A stretch of 64,000 nt of DNA from Octopus vulgaris. Taxonomy: Eukaryota. The position numbers and the translations under genes were made by a program. Where the stretch lies: the NCBI GenBank assembly GCA_951406725.2, contig OX597814.1:7750001-7814000 (forward strand), given 5' to 3'. Numbering within the stretch: position 1 is the first letter of the stretch; each line of letters opens with the position of its first letter. The notes under the pieces are model-generated. The model was given only the letters and a program-made list of their open reading frames with translations. It searched no databases and was not told where the DNA came from. Below, piece after piece: positions 55,724-64,000 of the stretch.

Positions 55724-56030
55724 ACTAGCAGAGACACCTACCTAGCATTGCTTGGGATTAAAATGGTATAGATTTTTATTGTTTTACATGTTTCAGTCAC
55801 GTGACTCCGACCATGCTGGAGCAACACCTTAAAGTTGAAGAAATCAGCCCCAGGATTTATTCTTTGTAAGCCTAGTACTTAGTCTATCGGTGTAACTTGA
55901 CAAATGGCTAAGTTATGGGAATATAAGCACAGTAAAATCAGTTGTCAAGCAATAGTAGGGGGTAGAGGCAGAAACACACATATACACATACACAGGTACA
56001 TGCACACACACATGCATACATACACTGACA

Positions 56031-56064
56031 TCTATATATATATATATATATAATATAAATCCCA

Positions 56065-56114
<50 letters not shown>

Positions 56115-56570
56115 GATTATAACGGTTGAAATTTTTAAACTGATTTTCTCCAAACTGTGAAGATATATTACTTATGTTCCATGGAAGGTTTTAGGCTCTT
56201 AAAATTTTTCACATAACGAGTAATGGGCCCCTTAGGGGCAGAAAACACCCGTTCCTGGGTTACGTTAAGAACTCTTTGTGAAGTATTTATACGACATAAC
56301 TCTTTGTGAAGTAACTTTCAGAAATTGATTGTCTCCCTTACATCCATTGGTCATACAAAAAAATAAATTATATTACTTTTTATATTAGATTCACGTTTTT
56401 TAAAATATTTACTTCTGGTTTTCTAGTGTCACTGACGTCTATATCTCTCTTCCCATCTCTCTGTATATTTATCTCTCTATCCAACTCTATCTCTATATCT
56501 ATCTATCTCTCACTATTTATCTATCTATCTATATCTATCTTAGTTGTCTAATTATCTCTCTCTCTCTCTC

Positions 56571-56630
<60 letters not shown>

Positions 56631-57898
56631 TCTTCATTGTTTTCACTGTAAGTTTTCAATCACTGTTTACAAAAAACAACGGCAAATTACTGACAGAAAG
56701 AAGTTCACAATTACTGATGAAAGTAATTTCATACATACTTTACTGACAAAAGTAACTTCATAAATTTTACTTCAATCTCTACACTTCGTTAAATTTACTT
56801 ACACATTTCTTATTTACTTTGGCAATGTTTTTATATTTTTCTGATGTCAACAGTTTTTTTTTCTGTTTCCTTGGTTCACTGACAAATTCCGCTTCAACCC
56901 GTACAATTCTTTATTTTCTGTAAATTTTTAAAAATTTACTTTGTTTACTATCTTCTGTTTACTGTCTTCTGCACCCGTGTGTTTCTGTATACTTATGTAA
57001 CCATGCCTAGAAGTAAAGTGTCAAATTTGTCTGCCATGTCAAGGTCAGCCAAAAGAATGTCTCTGTCCAGGGAAAGAGAGACAGCTGCGGAAAGAGAAGC
57101 ATACCAAGAAACGAACAGACTGAGCACTACAAAAGCCATAGCATCTCAAAGTGATGAACAGAGGTATGCACGGCTGACAAGGAATAGGATCTCTTCTGCA
57201 GGAGGAAGAGCAATTGCAACAGCCCAGAGAAGCAGCTTTGAAATATGATCCAGGAGTTCATTGTGCAGATGACACTAGAGTTTCCATTGGTGCAATGACA
57301 ACTGAGTGCATGCATTGTAAAGCAAGGAAGTGGCCTGGAGAGACACTTGCACTGTGCTGCAGGGGTGGAAATGTTAAACTCTCTGCAATCCCCCAACCTT
57401 CAGAGCCATTGAAGGGTCTGTTGTCATCAACTGACCAAGATTCCAAGCACTTCCAAAACAGAATTAGACAATGCAATGCTGCACTATAGATGACATCATT
57501 TGGAGCCACAAGAGATTCATCTGAACGAGGATTCATGCAAACTTTCAAGATCCAAGGTCAGATTTATCCTTGGATTGGTTCTCTACTACCTCTGTCAAAT
57601 GAATCACCAGAATCAGCCTTTCATTGTGTATAATCTGTACCTGTTTTTTTGGTTAAAAAATAAGCTACACAAAATGTGTTTTTGAATTACGTGTTTTTAC
57701 TTTATATACATACATGACTTGACAATTTTTTTTGACATTTCACTTAACGTCTGTGTTCCATGCTGGCATGGGTTGGAGAGTTATTAATGTAGAAAGTTGG
57801 GATCGCAGCAATTAGAAGTTGACACTTGCATAATCTAGACAGTGTTCTTAAATTTCATTATTCTCTTTAACCTGGGCAACGCCAAGTATTTCTGCTAG
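56031..57898 (+). mobile_element. Internally deleted Helitron with RepHel N-terminal pseudogene (~57003-57620)
   Basis: A|TC start; 3' cctgggcaacgccaag...CTAG|T. Translation IGAMTTECMHCKARKWPGET...CCRGG...HFQNRIRQCNAAL*MTSFG...TFKIQGQIY is typical of the Helitron N-terminus. Confidence 0.88.
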
Positions 57899-57904
57899 TA
57901 TATG

Positions 57905-57964
<60 letters not shown>

Positions 57965-58070
57965 TGTATGTATGTATGTATGTATGTATGTATGTATGTA
58001 TGTATGTATGTATGTATGTGTGTGTGTATGTATGTATGTATGTATGTATGTATGTATGTATGTATGTATG

Positions 58071-58122
<52 letters not shown>

Positions 58123-58236
58123 TATAAAAGTAAAGTTATAAGGTACCGCACAAGTGAAAATATATATGAAAGAAGGTTTGAAAATGCAATTTTAAAGATA
58201 TTTATTCACTTTAAAATTACATTTTCAAACCTTTTT

Positions 58237-58290
<54 letters not shown>

Positions 58291-58306
58291 TATATATATA
58301 CATGTG

Positions 58307-58353
<47 letters not shown>

Positions 58354-58362
58354 TATATAGAA

Positions 58363-58417
58363 GGAGCTTCTACAGGACTAGAACTGTTTCATTCAAGAGA
58401 AATCTTCAGGAAGCTCC
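58363..58417 (-). ncRNA. Type I hammerhead ribozyme
   Basis: Minus strand: GGAGCUUC-CUGAAGA-uUUCucuuGAAu-GAAA-CAG-uucuaguc-CUG-UA|-GAAGCUCC. Perfect 8-bp stem I, canonical core, GUA cleavage triplet. Confidence 0.8.
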
Positions 58418-58544
58418 TGAAGATTTCTCTTGAATGAAACAGTTCTAGTCCTGTAGAAGCTCCTTCTATATAATAAATTAATTTTACTCTGCTATGTATT
58501 GAGTACCTTATTTACTGTGGTTAACCCCGAATCAACCCGGGACC

Positions 58545-58594
<50 letters not shown>

Positions 58595-58603
58595 TAGATA
58601 TGC

Positions 58604-58671
<68 letters not shown>

Positions 58672-58734
58672 AAAATAAGCAAGGATATCCAGAGGTAATG
58701 CAGTACGATCGTTTCATGCAACTCCATATGATAC

Positions 58735-59665
58735 CAGATTCCATCACGTGCCAGGGGAAGAAAATAGAAGAAGTTAATAGCTTCCGCTACTTAGGTAACC
58801 AAGTCTGTATTGGGTGTGGTTGCTCTGCGAATGTAGCAGCTAGAATAAGTATAGCCTGGGCAAAGTTCAGAGAGCTCCTACCTCTGCTGGAAACTAAGGG
58901 TCTCTCGCTCAGGATAAAAGGCAGACTTTATGATGCATGTGTGTGAACTGCCATGCTACACAGCAGTGAAACATGGGCTATGACTGCTGTAGACGTGCAT
59001 AGACTTGAAAGAAATGAAGCTAGTATGATCCACTTGATGTGTAACATCAGTGTGCATACACGACAGAGTGTAAGCGCTCTGAGAGGAATGTTGGACCTAA
59101 GAAGCATCAGATGTGGTTGCACTGGTATAGTCAAGTGTTACGTACGGATGAAAACAGCTGTGTGAGAAAGTACCACACCCTAACTGTGGAAGAAACCTGT
59201 GGAAGAGGTAGACCCAGAAAGATGTGGGATGAGGTGGTGAATCATGCCCTTTGAACATTGGACCTCACAGATCCAATGGCAAGTGACCTTTGGAGATATG
59301 CTGTGAAATTGAGAAGACCTGGCAACTAAAGTCAGATTGCAGCCATGGCCGATGCCAGTGTTGCATGTCTGGCCCATTTAAGAGTACCCTTGAAGCATCA
59401 GGCAATATGATATGCTTCAAAAGACCTGTTGAGTGAAGGAAAACCAAAATCGTAGTTGGTGCCTCCTGATTGGCTTCCGTTTTGGTGGCATGTAAAATGC
59501 CTCATCCAAACATGGCTGATGCCAGCGTCCCTTGATGGGCTCCCATGGCAGTGTCATATAAAAAGTAATATCCGAACATGGTCAATGCCAGGTATACCTG
59601 ACTGGGTCCCGTACTAGTGACACACAAAAAGCACCATCCAAACGTGGTTGATGCCAGTACCCTTT
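58735..59665 (+). mobile_element. RTE LINE 3' fragment
   Basis: EVNSFRYLG...[13 protein letters not shown]...SETWAM motifs and 3'UTR repeats. Confidence 0.85.
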
Positions 59666-59681
59666 GTATATATGTATGTAC

Positions 59682-60486
59682 ATAAATATAATTAAGGATT
59701 TAGCAACAAGTTGCTTCACCGCATACCGAAAATTTAGAAAGAGCAGCCAAAAGACAGCAAATTCTTTTATCTACAAAATATGACTCCACAGACAACAATA
59801 TTTGTAACTCATATAGGCAGAAAGAAGAAAAATAACGAAATCAGTCTACGATTAACTATGTATGTGTTTCTGGATTAGAATTATACAAATTCATTTCCTT
59901 TATCGGCATAATATTTCGAGAATTATAAATTTGAAAATGCTAAAAAAATAAAGGGTAGGTTTTTTTTTTAGCATTTTCAAATTTATAATTCTCGAAATAT
60001 TATGTTGACGAAGGAACTGAATTTATAATTCTAATCCAGAAACGCGTCCATAATTAATCGAACACTGTTTGATTTCGTTATTTTTCTTCTTTCTGCCTAT
60101 ATGAGTTACAAATATTGTTGTCTGTGGAGTCATATTTTGTAGATGAAAGAATTAGCTGTCTTTTGGCAGCTCTTTCTAAATTTTCGGTATGCGGTGAAGC
60201 AACTTGTTGCTAAACACTTAATTATATTTATAATTATATAAAAAGACTTTTTGTACAAGTTTTTACCGATAATGGTATTTTCCATACCGAAACTACTTGG
60301 TAAAATTTATTAATTATTAAATTAATAATTCTTTACCCTATATCTGTCCGACGAACGGCAACGCGAAACTCAGAGTAACAGGTTTTGTGGAATTTTCAGC
60401 TGCTTTAAATAAAGCATATTACTCTACCACTGGTATTTGAGTACTCTTTTTTCCACCTTGTTTCACATTTATGTGTTTACTCCGGT
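59682..60486 (+). mobile_element. Penelope-like pseudo-LTR with ~265-bp inverted arms (59682-59948 and 59963-60231)
   Basis: Long inverted repeat followed by a hammerhead motif; flanked by TA-rich repeats. Confidence 0.65.
60342..60383 (+). ncRNA. Minimal type I hammerhead-like motif (CCGACGA core)
   Basis: AUCUGU-CCGACGA-acggcaacgc-GAAA-CUC-A-GAG-UA|-ACAGGU. Confidence 0.6.
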
Positions 60487-60504
60487 ATACATATATATAT
60501 ATAT

Positions 60505-60505
<1 letters not shown>

Positions 60506-60546
<41 letters not shown>

Positions 60547-60739
60547 GTTTAGCGTCTGTTCTCCATGCTAGCATGGGTTGGACGGTTCGACCGGGGATCT
60601 GGGAAGCCAGAAGGCTGCACCAGGCTCCAGTCTTATCTGGCAATGTTTCTACAGCTGGATGCCCTTCCTAACGCCAACCACTCCGTGAGTGTAGTGGGTG
60701 CTTTTTACCCACTACACTCACGGAGTGGTTGGCGTTAGG
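60506..60739 (-). mobile_element. RTE 3' terminus ending in a perfect fold-back
   Basis: (ATC)n tail, RTE 3'UTR motif, 33-bp perfect inverted arms 60667-60699 and 60707-60739. Confidence 0.85.
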
Positions 60740-60814
60740 TTACCTATATATATATATATATATGCATAGATATAAATATATATATATATATATGCATATA
60801 TATATGTGTGTATA

Positions 60815-60873
<59 letters not shown>

Positions 60874-60913
60874 GTATGCATATATATATATATATAGGTA
60901 TATATATATATAT

Positions 60914-61009
<96 letters not shown>

Positions 61010-61010
<1 letters not shown>

Positions 61011-61857
61011 ACAATTAAAAATGAGGGTGTCTAAGAGACACCAACATGCCGAAATAGCAGTCGAAACTCTGACTATAAAAACCACGTTAAGTGTTCGTAT
61101 CACACCATGAGATAAGACAGAGGGACAAAATATACAAGCAAAAATTATTGAATAATTCAAGATCCAGGATTTCTGGTTTTGCTTTAAATAAGCTTTACCG
61201 TCATCGGTTGAATATATCAAGAGTACATAAATACAGATATGACTGCTATTTCGGCATGTTGGTGTCTCTTAGACACCCTCATTTTTAATTGTTAAAAATT
61301 ATTACCTTTGTACGGTATTTTTCCCATGCTGGCCACTTGATAATATGGATACTTAAATATCGATATTATCCTCATATATAAATTTATATAATTCGTTATT
61401 ATATTCACTGCGGTGTTTATTTTAACCGTATCGTACTTATGGGATGATTCGGCGGGTAATTTAACTGGCCGCGTGCATACGTGCATATGTATTTATGTAT
61501 GGACGTTCGTATATGTAAGTATATCGTTTGTTCTGCATATATATATATGTATTTATGTATTCTTGATATATTCAACCGATGACGGTAAAGCTTATTTAAA
61601 GCAAAACCAGAAATCCTGGATCTTGAATTATTCAATAATTTTTGCTTGTATATTTTGTCCCTCTGTCTTATCTCATGGTGCGATACGAACACTTAACGTG
61701 ATTTTTATAGTCAGAGTTTCGACTGCTATTTCGGTATGTTGGTGTCTCTTAGACACCCTCATTTTTAATTGTTAAAAATTATTACCTTTGTACGGTATTT
61801 TTCCCATGCTGGCCACTTGATAATATGGATACTTAAATATCGATATTATCCTCATAT

Positions 61858-61863
<6 letters not shown>
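61010..61863. mobile_element. Penelope-like pseudo-LTRs in inverted plus tandem arrangement
   Basis: 61010-61232 is the reverse complement of ~61551-61773, and 61241-61384 is repeated at 61721-61864. Bounded by (TA)n. Confidence 0.8.
61570..61628 (+). ncRNA. Type I hammerhead-like motif (CCGAUGA core); identical inverted copy at 61155-61213 (-)
   Basis: AUUCAA-CCGAUGA-cGGU...ACCa-GAAA-UCC-U-GGA-UC|-UUGAAU. Confidence 0.68.
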
Positions 61864-61917
<54 letters not shown>

Positions 61918-62200
61918 TTTATAAGTTGTTCATAAATTTAAACTTTAAAAGGTATTTTTTAATATGCTGGCCATTGATAAAATTTTTTCGAAACATTTTA
62001 TCCTATATTAGATGTAAATTTTCTAGTGTTCACTTCCGGACTCTCTCACTCTGTGAGAGTTTTCAGTTCAGATCGCACATGTCTCGTGATGTAATGGGGG
62101 TTTTCTATCTTGGATATATTTGGGGTACTTAGGTTTGCTCATGACTTAGTGCTTACTTCTTCCATGGTTATGAGTAAATATTTCATTAAGTCTTACGTAT

Positions 62201-62261
62201 TTATCGCTGACGAGGAGAAAATTCTTATGAATTAACCCTGAAATTGGGACCGATACGATAA
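62201..62261 (+). ncRNA. Type I hammerhead ribozyme motif
   Basis: UUAUCG-CUGACGA-GG...AAUUCuuauGAAUU...CCU-GAAA-UUGG-ga-CCGA-UA|-CGAUAA; canonical core, stem II partly decayed. Confidence 0.7.
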
Positions 62262-62697
62262 TAACGGAATTTTTTAGAAATTTCTGTCGGCTTACTTCGA
62301 GAAGCATGTTTATAGTGATAAATTATATGGTTATTGATAATTTGTCTATTTTCGGCAAATTTGGCATTTGATTTTTCTTTTTATTTTGCCCTTGTTTATA
62401 AGTTGTTCATAAATTTAACCTTTAACCCTTTAGTGTTCAGATTATTCTATCAACCATAATGCTTATTGATTCACGTTGATTTGAATTAATCATGCATTAC
62501 CTCATATCTTCAAGACCTTGATGGTGCAATTACTTAATGTAGAATAACATTGTAGGGTAGGTGTGAGAGCCTGGATCTGGTCAGTTCGAACATAAAGCAG
62601 ATTAACTATTTTGGCCGGATATGGCCGGTTTAAATACTATAGGGAGGTATTTTTTAATATGCCGGGCATTGATAAAACTTTTTTCGAAAAATTTTAT

Positions 62698-62754
<57 letters not shown>

Positions 62755-62925
62755 CTCTCCTTTTTTTCTCTCATTTTAACTCTCCTTGTTTTTTCTGTAT
62801 CCCTTTCTGATACGAAAGCATAAGCTCGAAATGTAAAAGACTTTTTCTATTCCTGAGCATTATACTAATACATCTGTTTGTTTTGTACACCACCTGTCTT
62901 CGTCTTTTGTTTTTTCGTAAACTCT

Positions 62926-62969
<44 letters not shown>

Positions 62970-62999
62970 CATTAGGTAAATATATTCAATAATTTGCAA

Positions 63000-63417
63000 T
63001 CTCTATATATAAAACTGAAATGCGTTTTTACCGCTTGGTTCGCTTTCAATGCCACTACATCCCGTCCGATTCGCTCCAAAATTTACACGGACATGTAGAA
63101 TGAGGTGACGATGCGCATGGGCTACCTTAGAAATCCCTATCTTAAAAGGTGTGGTTGCTAGGGGCCATCTTCCTACCTCACCCTATTTCCCCCAGTACTC
63201 TGTCACTCCTCTTCATTTGACAATGCAACTACCGTTATTTAATGTAAAGTCTTCCTCAAATCGCTCTGTAGCTATTTACTCTCTTCCAAGAACATTTTCA
63301 CTCACTCTTAACTCTTACCTTCCTATACATTTTACTCATGTATCTCTCAGCGTTCATGGACAGTAACAAATATTACTCGCCATCCCCATCGCCATCGCAT
63401 TCTATTGTCTACCTGTC

Positions 63418-63482
<65 letters not shown>

Positions 63483-63587
63483 TCATATATCTAATATTAT
63501 ATTTTTATTTTTATGTTTTTGTTTTTGGTTTTTTAATGTTTCATTTCCCTATTAGTGGTTTTATCTCTAATTTAATTTCTACAGCGT

Positions 63588-63629
<42 letters not shown>

Positions 63630-64000
63630 CTATATGTAGCCCCAGTACACCCGAATGAAATCGGGTTCTCTTCATCAAAATGTGAAAAGGAGTCTACAAT
63701 TATCATCGCCACAACTTATGTATGTCTTCCTCACTCACTCACTCTTTTTCCTAATGATAATTATCATCGCCACCACCAACACCACCAACACACAATCTGG
63801 ACAATCTTTCTCTTATAACAAATCATGTTTACATTGCAACGACGTCTGCCACCTCCGCCGTCTCTATTTATTCTGCAAATGACCAGAACTCGGGAAACTT
63901 AGTTTAGTGTTCTATGGTCTATGACCAGAACTCGGGAAACTTGGTTGAGTGTTCTATGGTCTATGACCAGAAATCAGGAAACTTGGTTCAGTGTTCTATG
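63000..64000 (+). mobile_element. Probable Helitron 5' part, with a 42-bp tandem repeat at 63879-64000
   Basis: TCTCTATATATAAAACTG start resembling the element at 1650; three copies of atgaccagaactcgggaaactt...gtgttctatggtct, running off the window. Confidence 0.5.

Overview
Eukaryotic, AT-rich, microsatellite-saturated DNA with no sign of a prokaryotic locus. The RTE and SINE repeats look like those of an octopus or other coleoid cephalopod (inference from recognised repeats, not verified). Most ORFs in the supplied track are microsatellite artefacts. (1) A minus-strand spliced host gene missing from the ORF track encodes a PARP9/14/15-type macro domain: coding exons 19081-19093, 2973-3103 and 2464-2691, with a candidate non-coding exon 1 ending at 38896. 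Its introns are filled with RTE, CR1-like, Tx1, R4-like, Penelope, hAT, SINE and solo-LTR relics. (2) A ~10.75-kb Merlin (IS1595/ISXO2-type DDE) transposon at 39470-50222 has an intact 305-aa transposase and ~880-bp terminal inverted repeats built from a constant core repeat separated by variable microsatellite spacers. It also has a nested fold-back interior and carries a 5'-truncated CR1-type LINE with an uninterrupted ORF. (3) Type I hammerhead ribozyme motifs occur in Penelope-like pseudo-LTRs, densest at 58.3-62.3 kb. They include one read on both strands of a palindrome and two families with a CCGANGA core variant. (4) Fold-back hairpins recur next to (TA)n tracts in unrelated repeat families, and the LINE shares its 3' tail with the local SINEs.
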